DNA of 64,000 nt from Gemmatimonadales bacterium. GTDB lineage: Bacteria > Gemmatimonadota > Gemmatimonadetes > Gemmatimonadales > GWC2-71-9. Below the pieces are notes generated by a model. It did not search any database. It had not been told where the DNA came from and saw only the letters and a program-made list of their open reading frames with translations. The stretch lies in assembly GCA_041577295.1 (NCBI GenBank), contig JBFGJG010000002.1, positions 1-64,000 of the forward strand, written 5' to 3'. A program made the translations under genes and the position numbers. Each line of letters begins with the position of its first letter. Within the stretch, counting starts at the first letter, position 1. This document shows positions 30,760 through 39,192 of this stretch, one piece after another.

Positions 30760-33422
30760 CGATACTTGACGACCGTGGGCTCGAGGGAGCGGAAGGTCCT
30801 GCGCATCTCCTCATATGCCGGACGACGACGGCTGCGCCACTGCGGAGTCTCCCACGTTGGCCATGAGTATCGCGCAACACTCTCCACGTTGGCCGGGGCT
30901 GGCCAGAAACTCCACCATCCACGGGCGTCACGCCCCCCCGCCACGATGCCAATGGAGCGCACGACGGTTGTCCCCAACGCGCCACGAGCCGTCTCGGGAT
31001 CGTGCTGCAATACCCGCCGCTCGCTCGGATCTGTCACGTTGAGCAACGCCCAAGGGATGCGAATCTCCACCACCCCACGCTCGAGGCGCTCCCACACGCC
31101 GTCCGGCGGCGGACCCTCACGCAAGATCCCACGATCGTACCCCATTCCTGCGTATTCACGCCCATCTCGCCCAAATCGCGGTCGATTCACCACCACCCGC
31201 AGGGAGTCGTAACGACCGTCTTCATTTGGTTCGGTCACGTAGCGTGGTCGGAAACGTTGCTCGACCCGCCCCGTGAAAAAGCCCGGTGGTGCCTGTTCGA
31301 TGGTGGGGGTTACGAAGTGTTCGTCGGTCACCGTATCACGCACGGATTGCAGGCGAAACAGATTCGACATGGAGTCCGCGAGCAGACGGACGCCACTGCT
31401 CGAAACGTCCAGGACGAATTCGATGCCGACAGGAATGCGCGGCCCCTCACCGCCGGGCCAGCGAAAGTCCCCCGACTTGGGATCCACCATGTCGAATCCG
31501 ATGAACACTCTCTCGTACGAGCGCCGACCGGGATCGAACAACACCCACAGCGCTTCCTCGTCGGCGGAGGCTCGTAACCGTGCACCGTCGTCCGAACGAT
31601 ACAGCGGAGGGACGAGTCCCCAGGCACTCATCCGTTGTGCAAGCGTTTCCCCAGCGAGGCGAGGCGCCGCATCCATCGCGACCATGCCGTAGTGTTGTTC
31701 CGCATCCAATCGGTTGTGCCAGAGCCTTCCTCGCTCCTGTGGGATCTCGAAATCAACGGTGATCCAGTTCTTCTTGAACCACTCGTCGATCCAGGAAAAG
31801 ACGATGCCACCCGCCATCCCCGCTTCGGCGATCTCACGCGTGAGGCGGCCGTCGATCTCTGCCATGCGAGCCTCGGTATGTCCACCGTGATGCCAGCCTT
31901 GGGGTTGGACATGTGCCACCCCGAGGCTGGCGGGGACGCCATACTCGGCGATCAACACCGGCATCGTGGGATGATGCGCCTTCAGGTCTCGGAGATACCC
32001 GTAGTATGCTGAGGGCCCCTCGGCCGATTGCGTGGCCGCATAGCGGGCGTCGAGCACCATGAAGTCGGGGTAGTATGGATAGACGTGGAAGGCCGCAAAG
32101 ACGCCCGCCGGCAACGCCGCCGTCGGTCGCATGCGCCCCGCGTCGAGCCCAACGCCGTCGTTGTCGTATTCCATGGGCTGAGGGGCAAACTGCTCACCCA
32201 GCGCGCGACGAATCGCCACCTCTTCCTCTGCCGTCGTCTCGGTGGGGTGGTACATGGGGTCGAGCGTCGGCCAGTTGGTGTAGGCCACCGGTCGCTGTTT
32301 TCGGTAGGTCTCCGACTCGTAGGCGACGATCTGCTCACAGGCCTTGGCCAACCACGTCTCCATCGGGGACCCATCGCGCAGCTCGATATACCGACCCGAC
32401 CACTCGGTCTGGCGCGGCCCCCGGCGGTTGAATACCACGACCGAGTAGGGCTCCCACTCTCGACCAATGATGTACGCCAGCGTCCAGTCGGATACGTCGG
32501 CGATGTAGCGACCGGCGGCATGGCCACGACGCGGAAAGATGTCAGCGCGTCCGTGGATCACATCGACCACTCTTCGCATCTCCCGAAAGAACTCGCCCTC
32601 CCAGGTGGGATCCTCGTACTCGTGATTGGGCGGAAGCTCCGTCCATACGCCGTGCACCACCCACAGCGGGTCGTCGGGATTGGCCAGGTTGTACGCGCGC
32701 AGCGCGTCGTAGAATTCCGGCGGATGGATGGTGTACACCCGGATGGTGTTGGCCCCCATCTCACCAATACCCGTAAGCCAGCTCGCGTAGGTTGCCGAAT
32801 CGGGGAACTGGCTCGGAAATCGACCGGGCAGCGCAGCGCCAAGGTTGACACCTTTGACATAGAACGGTCGCCAACCGTCCGCGGTGCGGACTTCGAAGCG
32901 GTCCCGAGATGCGCGAATGCGGTGTTCGAGCGTGTCGGGAAGAAGTAAGGGCGGACGAGAAGGACCACCTTCCGGCATTTGTCGCAGATACTGAAGGGCG
33001 GTCACGTTCTCCGGCTCGACACGGAGGACTCGCGCGAAACCGTCGCGTGCCACTTCGAGTTCTCCATTGAGCCAGGACACGAGGGCGATCCCCACGAGGG
33101 CATCGACGACGCTCGAGTCCACGGCGAGCACGCGCGCGAACAACGATCGAGCCTCCTCGGTGCGACCGAGCCGCATGGCGGCATACCCGAGCCCAGTGAT
33201 CACTCCGATGTCCTGCGGGCAGATGGCACTGGCACGCCGAAACAGCGTGTCAGCACGGGAGAAGTCGTCGCGGCGATAGGCGCTCCAGCCATCCGCCAGG
33301 AGCTGCTCCACCGCGGCCGGACAATCTTGAGCCTTCGCCGGCGTGGGAGTCATTGCGAGCCCGACGATCACGCAGACCATCAGCCCAAGCAGCCTCCCCA
33401 AGTGCCGCGGCGCGTTATTCAA
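30756..33422 (-). CDS. Exported TPR + clan GH-A-like glycoside hydrolase
   Basis: N-terminal TPRs; KGVNLG, GANTIRVY, IGREWE, HVYPYYP, IAEYG, FSWIDEWFK. Confidence 0.78.
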   Translation of the reverse strand: MNNAPRHLGRLLGLMVCVIVGLAMTPTPAKAQDCPAAVEQLLADGWSAYRRDDFSRADTLFRRASAICPQDIGVITGLGYAAMRLGRTEEARSLFARVLAVDSSVVDALVGIALVSWLNGELEVARDGFARVLRVEPENVTALQYLRQMPEGGPSRPPLLLPDTLEHRIRASRDRFEVRTADGWRPFYVKGVNLGAALPGRFPSQFPDSATYASWLTGIGEMGANTIRVYTIHPPEFYDALRAYNLANPDDPLWVVHGVWTELPPNHEYEDPTWEGEFFREMRRVVDVIHGRADIFPRRGHAAGRYIADVSDWTLAYIIGREWEPYSVVVFNRRGPRQTEWSGRYIELRDGSPMETWLAKACEQIVAYESETYRKQRPVAYTNWPTLDPMYHPTETTAEEEVAIRRALGEQFAPQPMEYDNDGVGLDAGRMRPTAALPAGVFAAFHVYPYYPDFMVLDARYAATQSAEGPSAYYGYLRDLKAHHPTMPVLIAEYGVPASLGVAHVQPQGWHHGGHTEARMAEIDGRLTREIAEAGMAGGIVFSWIDEWFKKNWITVDFEIPQERGRLWHNRLDAEQHYGMVAMDAAPRLAGETLAQRMSAWGLVPPLYRSDDGARLRASADEEALWVLFDPGRRSYERVFIGFDMVDPKSGDFRWPGGEGPRIPVGIEFVLDVSSSGVRLLADSMSNLFRLQSVRDTVTDEHFVTPTIEQAPPGFFTGRVEQRFRPRYVTEPNEDGRYDSLRVVVNRPRFGRDGREYAGMGYDRGILREGPPPDGVWERLERGVVEIRIPWALLNVTDPSERRVLQHDPETARGALGTTVVRSIGIVAGGRDARGWWSFWPAPANVESVARYSWPTWETPQWRSRRRPAYEEMRRTFRSLEPTVVKYR

Positions 33423-34467
33423 TATCCACCACGATTTTCCCCATCTGCTTGCCTTCGGCGAGCCGCTGAAAGGCCTCGATGGCGTTAGTCAACGGGTAGG
33501 TCGAATCGATCACCGGGCGGAGTTTGCCCTGTCCCAAGAGCCTGACGATCTCGGAGTACTCCCCCGCATTCCCCATGGTCGATCCCATGATGTTGAATTG
33601 ATACCAGAAGAGGCGGCGGACGTCTGTGACAACTTTGGGCCCCGTGGTGGCTCCGCAGGTCACGAGCCGGCCCCCCGGCCCCAACATCCGGAGGGAGCGC
33701 TCCCAGGTGGCCTCTCCAACGTTCTCGACCACGACGTCGAGCCCTCCCTTTCCCACCACCCGCCGCGACTCCTTGACGATATCGGCCACGGAGTGGTTGA
33801 GCGTGAGGTCGGCACCCATCTCTTTGGCGTGTTCGAGCTTCGCGTCGCTCGACGAGGTGACGATGACCCATGCCCCAGCGAGCTTCGCAATCTGGAGGGC
33901 CGCGAGGGACACCCCCCCGCCGATCCCCCATATCAACACCGTCTCGCCAGGCCGGAGGCGCGCCCGCGTCATGAGCATCCGCCAGGCGGTGAGCGTGACC
34001 AGGGAAAACGCGGCCGCCTCTCCCCAGGAAACGGCCTCGTGGGGGGGTGGCAGATCGGGTATGAGGCGGACATTCTGGGATGGCACTCGTACATACTCGG
34101 CGAGCGTGCCTGCGAGGTGTTCGCCGAGGAGCTTGTAGGCGATACACAGCGACTGTTCTCCCGCGTGGCAGTACTCGCATGCGTAGCACGAGATGCCAGG
34201 ATTGAACAGCACGCGGTCTCCAGGGGCAACGTGGCGCACTCGGACCCCCACCTCTTCAATAACGCCCGCGCCGTCACCGCCAAGCGTGTGAGGGAGGTCT
34301 AGCGAGAGGCTAGGTAACCCGCGGAGGGTCCACAGGTCGAGGTGATTCAGGGCGGCCGCATGGAGCCGGACGATCACATCGTCCGGGGACGACAACGTGG
34401 GCCGTGCAACGTCCGCGAGCTGCAGTTGAGAGAGGTCACCGTGGCCCCGCATAACTAGGGCTCGCAT
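33415..34467 (-). CDS. Zinc-binding alcohol dehydrogenase / quinone oxidoreductase (MDR)
   Basis: LNHLD, CYACEYC...C structural Zn, GIGGGV, CGATTG, GSTMG. Confidence 0.92.
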   Translation of the reverse strand: MRALVMRGHGDLSQLQLADVARPTLSSPDDVIVRLHAAALNHLDLWTLRGLPSLSLDLPHTLGGDGAGVIEEVGVRVRHVAPGDRVLFNPGISCYACEYCHAGEQSLCIAYKLLGEHLAGTLAEYVRVPSQNVRLIPDLPPPHEAVSWGEAAAFSLVTLTAWRMLMTRARLRPGETVLIWGIGGGVSLAALQIAKLAGAWVIVTSSSDAKLEHAKEMGADLTLNHSVADIVKESRRVVGKGGLDVVVENVGEATWERSLRMLGPGGRLVTCGATTGPKVVTDVRRLFWYQFNIMGSTMGNAGEYSEIVRLLGQGKLRPVIDSTYPLTNAIEAFQRLAEGKQMGKIVVDIE

Positions 34468-34599
34468 CAGACCCCCGCGCGGGCGTGAGGCCACGAATCA
34501 GGCCCGGCGCTCGTCAGTGACGTGGCTGGTTGGGTCGGATAGGAGAACCCGCCCGAGTGAGGCGCGTAAATCCAGGCAATAGTTGGACATACGCGTGCG

Positions 34600-34629
34600 A
34601 ACCTAAGCATCGCCTGTCGATCGTGTCAA
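34600..34629 (-). promoter_or_regulatory. Sigma70-type promoter upstream of the MDR/GH/TPR genes
   Basis: Minus strand TTGACA-N18-TAGGTT. Confidence 0.45.
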
Positions 34630-34745
34630 GCAAAGTGGTGAGCCGTGCGGGGCACGGAGAGCGCGCGCCACGCGTGCGGGCTTGCGCACACCTTTCATTG
34701 CGGCGCAATCTATACACCGCATGCCCGTCACCGGAGGGAAACGCG

Positions 34746-35159
34746 ATGGCAACGCACAACGCTAGTGATACCGGCATCGGTGGTCCCGGGATGTGGGATC
34801 CGATGCCGCTGACCCCACCTGTCAGGCCGTCTCCCGAGCCGGAACGGGAGCGCCTCATCTGGTCGACACCCGAGCCTTCGGTGGCGGAAGAGGAGAAGAA
34901 GGAGCCAGCGAAGCCCCCCCGGAAACGAGTGAAGGCCAAAGCGAAGGCCAAGAAGAAAACGGCGCGAAAGAAAACCGCGAAGAAACCAGCCAAAAAGAAG
35001 AAGCCGACGAGAAAGAAAGCAAAGCGAAAAGCCAAGAAGGCCGCGAAGCGACGCACGCCCGCTCGCAAGAAGAAGAGCACTCGAAAGCGAGCCACCAAGG
35101 CGCGAAAGAAGACGACCAAACGGAAAAAGAAATCGGCGCGACGCGCCAAACGACGTTAG
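34746..35159 (+). CDS. Histone H1-like Lys/Arg/Ala-rich basic protein
   Basis: GGAGG RBS; the last 87 residues contain about 53 K/R in KKTAKKPAKK-like repeats. Confidence 0.75.
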   Translation: MATHNASDTGIGGPGMWDPMPLTPPVRPSPEPERERLIWSTPEPSVAEEEKKEPAKPPRKRVKAKAKAKKKTARKKTAKKPAKKKKPTRKKAKRKAKKAAKRRTPARKKKSTRKRATKARKKTTKRKKKSARRAKRR

Positions 35160-35295
35160 GCAACCAATCATTTACACGAGCGCGGAGACACGCACGGGCT
35201 TGCGCGTCGGCCCGATTCGCCATCGTCACATCCGCGGTCTGATATCGTCGTGTCGAGAGGCGGCCCGGTCCCGATATCGCTGGGCCGCCTCGCCG

Positions 35296-35754
35296 TTGTC
35301 AGTTCGGCTCACCATCTTGGCGGTCGTCGGCCTCATACCCTCTTTCAGTGCGTGTTCCAGTTCCGAACCAACTCCTGCCACTCCGGCGCTTGCACTGGGA
35401 GAGATGTTCGATCGCTCCGCCGCGGCGTGGAACCGTGGCGACTTGGATGCATTCCTTTCCGATTACGCGAACGAGCCCACAACGAGCTTCGTCGCGGGCT
35501 CCGCGGTGCAGTACGGCTACGAATGGATTCGGGAGAACTACGCTCCTCGTTTCGGGCCCGGTGCTGCACGCGATTCGCTCCGCTTCGTTGACCTTTCGAG
35601 CCGGCTGCTAGGCATGGATCATGCTTTCGCGACGGCCCGCTACGTGCTCTACCGGGGGGATTCGGTGACCAGCACGGGCATCTTCACAGTCGTACTGCGA
35701 CGCGAAAACGGGGACTGGAAGATTCTTCATGATCACACCAGCCGTGACCAGTAG
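35296..35754 (+). CDS. NTF2-like (DUF4440/SnoaL-like) lipoprotein
   Basis: FSAC lipobox-like; AWNRGDLDAF...WKILHDHTS; TTG start inferred. Confidence 0.82.
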   Translation: MSVRLTILAVVGLIPSFSACSSSEPTPATPALALGEMFDRSAAAWNRGDLDAFLSDYANEPTTSFVAGSAVQYGYEWIRENYAPRFGPGAARDSLRFVDLSSRLLGMDHAFATARYVLYRGDSVTSTGIFTVVLRRENGDWKILHDHTSRDQ

Positions 35755-35770
35755 AAACACCGACCGCGGG

Positions 35771-37150
35771 GTGTACTCGAAGCGACGTCATGCCGTTGGC
35801 TGGGGCGGCGCCCGCTGGTCCCTCACCCTCTTGGGGATGGCGGCGCTCCTCGGAGGGTGCGAGAGCGGTGAGGGGAAGACCGCATTCATAGGGGCAACGG
35901 TGTTCGACGGGACCGGAGCTCCCGTATTGCAGAATGCGGTAATCCTCGTGTCCGACGGAAGAATCGAGGCTCTTGGGCCGGCTGATCTGGTTCGGGTCCC
36001 TCGGGGGGCGGAAGAGGTGCAGGTCGATGGACGCTGGGTGATCCCGGGTCTCATCGACGCGCACACCCACGCGGATCGTTGGATGTTGGATCGGTTTCTC
36101 GCTTATGGGGTGACTGCCATCCGGGATGCGGGGGGGGACCAGGACGATATTCTTGCACTCCGCAGCAGCGTGCGTTCTGGCACGGTGCTCGGGCCGCGGA
36201 TGTATGTCTCGGGAGCTCCGATCGACGCGTCGCCGGGTCGGGCACGAGGTGCTACGGTGGTGTCCAATGGCAACGAAGCACGGCGGGCAATCGATCAATT
36301 GGTTCTCGCCGAGGCTGCCCAGGCGAAGGTCTTCGCGGGAATCGACGCGCGTTTGCTGCGCCCGCTCATGGACGAGGCGACCACGCTCAATATTCCCGTG
36401 GCGGGGCACCTCGGGAAGGTGGACGCGATCACGGCGGCCGAGATCGGTGTGCGTACGCTGGAGCACATGACGGGTGTCGTCGAGGCGGCGGTCGCCAGCC
36501 CACGCATCTTCTTCGATGCGCACAACGATTACTACCGTGGTTGGAACACGGTGCAGCGCGGTTGGGCAGCACTCGATTCGGCGACGCTGAACCGAGTCGC
36601 TGAGAGGCTCGTGGGTTTGGGTGTCGCGATCGTCCCTACGCTCGTGCAGCACGAGGTGTACAGCCGCCTCGATGACCCGGCGTTGGTCCAAGAACTCGAT
36701 ATCGCCGGCGTTCTGGATTCCGTACAGGCGCGCTGGGCAGCGGTGACCCTCGGTGCGCGCGGTCTCACGACGCGGGACTTCCCCACCTTTCGCCGATCAC
36801 GATCGGTTCAGGATCTCTTCGTCCGCATCTACGCCAATGCCGGCGGTAGAATCGCGGCCGGAACAAACACGGCGGGCGAGTGGCTGCCGCCCGGTTCGAG
36901 TCTTCATACCGAGCTCGCTCTATTAGTGAAGGCGGGGCTCGACCCAGCGCGCGCCATCCAAGCCGCTACTCGAGAGGCGGCCGCGCTCGTAGGGGTCGAC
37001 AGCGTGGGAACCCTCCAAGCGGGGGCCGTTGCAGACTTCCTCGTGCTCTATGCGAACCCCCTCCAAGACATCACCAACACGCGGGCGATCGAGATGGTGG
37101 TATCGGCCGGAACGGTTTTTCGGCCGGAGGAGCTGAAGGGTGGATGGTAG
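35771..37150 (+). CDS. Amidohydrolase-family lipoprotein
   Basis: LGGC lipobox; PGLIDAHTH, GH, EH, GTL.AG..AD..VL..NP; start uncertain. Confidence 0.88.
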   Translation: MYSKRRHAVGWGGARWSLTLLGMAALLGGCESGEGKTAFIGATVFDGTGAPVLQNAVILVSDGRIEALGPADLVRVPRGAEEVQVDGRWVIPGLIDAHTHADRWMLDRFLAYGVTAIRDAGGDQDDILALRSSVRSGTVLGPRMYVSGAPIDASPGRARGATVVSNGNEARRAIDQLVLAEAAQAKVFAGIDARLLRPLMDEATTLNIPVAGHLGKVDAITAAEIGVRTLEHMTGVVEAAVASPRIFFDAHNDYYRGWNTVQRGWAALDSATLNRVAERLVGLGVAIVPTLVQHEVYSRLDDPALVQELDIAGVLDSVQARWAAVTLGARGLTTRDFPTFRRSRSVQDLFVRIYANAGGRIAAGTNTAGEWLPPGSSLHTELALLVKAGLDPARAIQAATREAAALVGVDSVGTLQAGAVADFLVLYANPLQDITNTRAIEMVVSAGTVFRPEELKGGW

Positions 37151-37158
37151 AAAGACCG

Positions 37159-37200
37159 TAAGGAGTAAGGAGTGAGTGATTCGAAATGAGAAATGCGAGG
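37159..37200 (+). repeat. Degenerate heptamer tandem repeat
   Basis: taaggag taaggag tgagtga ttcgaaa tgagaaa tgcgagg. Confidence 0.55.
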
Positions 37201-37239
37201 TGGCCGCGGATCGCGACCACCTCTTTCGATGTTCGCGAG

Positions 37240-37680
37240 CTACAGTCGTTCCAGCAACTGCCTGAGTAGCTTGACCGCGCCGGCCCGCGTTGCGGGCCGT
37301 CCGCTTAGCACCACGACTGCCATGACGTCGTCCTTGAGCGCCATTGCCCGCCACCCATCTTCCTCGGGATGCGATAACGCGCTCGTCGCGACCCCGTCGA
37401 TCGTCTCGTATCCTGACGCTCCGCGTGGATCGTACCAGTAGCTGGAGTCGGCCAGCTGGATGATGGCGTAGGATTCGTCGTCTCTTCCGAACCACTGACA
37501 TCCCGCCCCCATCGCGGCGATCTCGCCATCGTCAACTGCGGTTCCGAGTTGGTTTGTGATTTCATCAGATGAAAACAGCTTGCACAGATCGCGTTGGGGT
37601 AGCGTCTGTGTACGCCCGACCTGTGGAACGAGGACCAACGTTAACAGAAGACCAACACATGCCTGCGCAATGCGAGACAT
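37240..37680 (-). CDS. Exported hypothetical protein with two Cys
   Basis: GGAGGG RBS, signal peptide, DLCKLFS...GCQW. Confidence 0.7.
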   Translation of the reverse strand: MSRIAQACVGLLLTLVLVPQVGRTQTLPQRDLCKLFSSDEITNQLGTAVDDGEIAAMGAGCQWFGRDDESYAIIQLADSSYWYDPRGASGYETIDGVATSALSHPEEDGWRAMALKDDVMAVVVLSGRPATRAGAVKLLRQLLERL

Positions 37681-37739
37681 ATCGACCCTCCGAGCATTGT
37701 GGAGCAAGTGTCCTTCAACCTCGCGTCATTCCATCCGCA

Positions 37740-37812
37740 CTGGGGCGGCAGGACTCGAACCTGCAACCTCCCGGTTAACAGCCGGGCGCTCCGCCAGTTG
37801 AGCTACACCCCA
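37740..37812 (-). tRNA. tRNA-Asn (GUU), CCA not encoded
   Basis: TGGGGTG/CGCCCCA acceptor stem, CCCGG-CT GTT AA-CCGGG anticodon arm, GGTTCGAGTCC T-arm, G discriminator. Confidence 0.96.
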
Positions 37813-38059
37813 TCAAAAGCCGTTCGCCGCTCACCCATATTGCTGCACGAGCGGCGCTGACTTGTATCTGCCTCTCCGGCCTCACCTGCCGGAAGCCCTT
37901 ACGAGACAGAAACATAGCCGCGATCTGACCGCCGCGCACCGCCACCGAACGGACCCCGACCCTAGCCCCTGGGCCATTTTCGTTCGATCTTTGAACATCT
38001 ACCCCGCCGATCACACGGCGGTGCGCCCGCTGATCTGATACCAAGCCCTGGATCATTCT

Positions 38060-39025
38060 ATGGATTCGTCGGACGACCTACAGGTCCAGCCAAACCAATG
38101 GACGGCCCCGCAGGGTCCGGCCTTGGTAGACGGTGCGGCGGATCTGACCGGCGCTCGCGATCGCGCTGCCGCGTTCTTACAGGAGCGCACGACGAGACCA
38201 GGCGTGATGGGGCGCCGACTCATGGGACATCCGAGCCCGGGCGATCTCCAACTCACTGATCACCTAATCCGCGAAGGCCGCCGACGCACACGCATCGACG
38301 GGAGCAAGGACGGAGCGCTGTTTCCCACGGCATGGACCACGTGGGAACTGCTCGACCTCGGTTGTCCACCGGATCACGCTGCGGTGGTGCGGACCGTCGG
38401 ATACGTGCTCACGAGGCAGGATCGACCGGGGCGATATGGCGAAGGATGCACGCCTGAGCGCCACGAGCGCAAACGGTGCCGTCACTTCTTACAGGGCTTC
38501 TTCTCGCCCGGCTCGTGGGAAGACGAGATAGCACCCTTGCAGTTGCCATCGGGATTGGTGATCAGCGATGAGGAGGCCGCCCGGTTCGCGCTCAGTTGTG
38601 TCGCGCTGCGTGTGGTCCTCCGCGCGCGACAAGATGGTCGGACCGCGGTGTGCCGCCATGTCGAGAGCCTGCTAGGCATGGATGAGCTCTGGGAGGGGTC
38701 CCCAACATGGTGGTCGCTCGATCTCTCATTTCTTGCCGCAGGTGCCGTTGCGTTGGCTCCGCTGCAGTTCAGAGCGCAGGCCGATGAGCGCATGCGGCGA
38801 CTGCTCGATCAACAGCTCCCCGATGGGAGCTGGCAGGACGCTCACTTCTTCAACGCGCTCGACATGCTTATGTCGTCTTCGACTCCGGAAGTGCGAGGCG
38901 CCATCAAGCGCGCAGTGCCGCTGTTGATGAGTCTGCAGCAAGACTCCGGCGCTTTTGATGAGAGTGGGAACGAGGAGATGGTGCTCATCGCGCTGCGAGC
39001 GTTCCGAATCGCCGAAAAGCCGTAG
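38060..39025 (+). CDS. Hypothetical protein with prenyltransferase/squalene-cyclase-like (QW) repeats
   Basis: LLDQQLPDGSW, LLMSLQQDSGAF, VLTRQDRPGRY. Confidence 0.65.
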   Translation: MDSSDDLQVQPNQWTAPQGPALVDGAADLTGARDRAAAFLQERTTRPGVMGRRLMGHPSPGDLQLTDHLIREGRRRTRIDGSKDGALFPTAWTTWELLDLGCPPDHAAVVRTVGYVLTRQDRPGRYGEGCTPERHERKRCRHFLQGFFSPGSWEDEIAPLQLPSGLVISDEEAARFALSCVALRVVLRARQDGRTAVCRHVESLLGMDELWEGSPTWWSLDLSFLAAGAVALAPLQFRAQADERMRRLLDQQLPDGSWQDAHFFNALDMLMSSSTPEVRGAIKRAVPLLMSLQQDSGAFDESGNEEMVLIALRAFRIAEKP

Positions 39026-39192
39026 ACCAGCAAGGCTGGCCACCCCGCAATCAGAAGAGATGTTGCTCCGGGTCGTCATCCCACCGACAATTAGCACATG
39101 AGGACGCACCCAACGGGTGCGTGCCGACGTGCTGCCCCTGCCCGCCTTACGAGGCGGGCGGCAATTCACCATACACCCTATGAGGAGGAGAC

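Noticed and set aside
34514..35149. 211-aa Phe/Arg-rich minus-strand ORF
   Set aside because: Antisense shadow of the Lys-rich gene (AAG/AAA read as CTT/TTT); the plus-strand ORF has the RBS
34677..35205. 11-bp direct repeat CGGGCTTGCGC flanking the histone-like gene as a target-site duplication
   Set aside because: No transposase or terminal repeats; more simply chance or TTGCGC -35-like boxes
37240..37812. Integrated element at the tRNA-Asn 3' end
   Set aside because: No integrase and no convincing att duplication; the only match seen is 10 bp (CTGGGGCGGC at 35800) inside a CDS, consistent with chance
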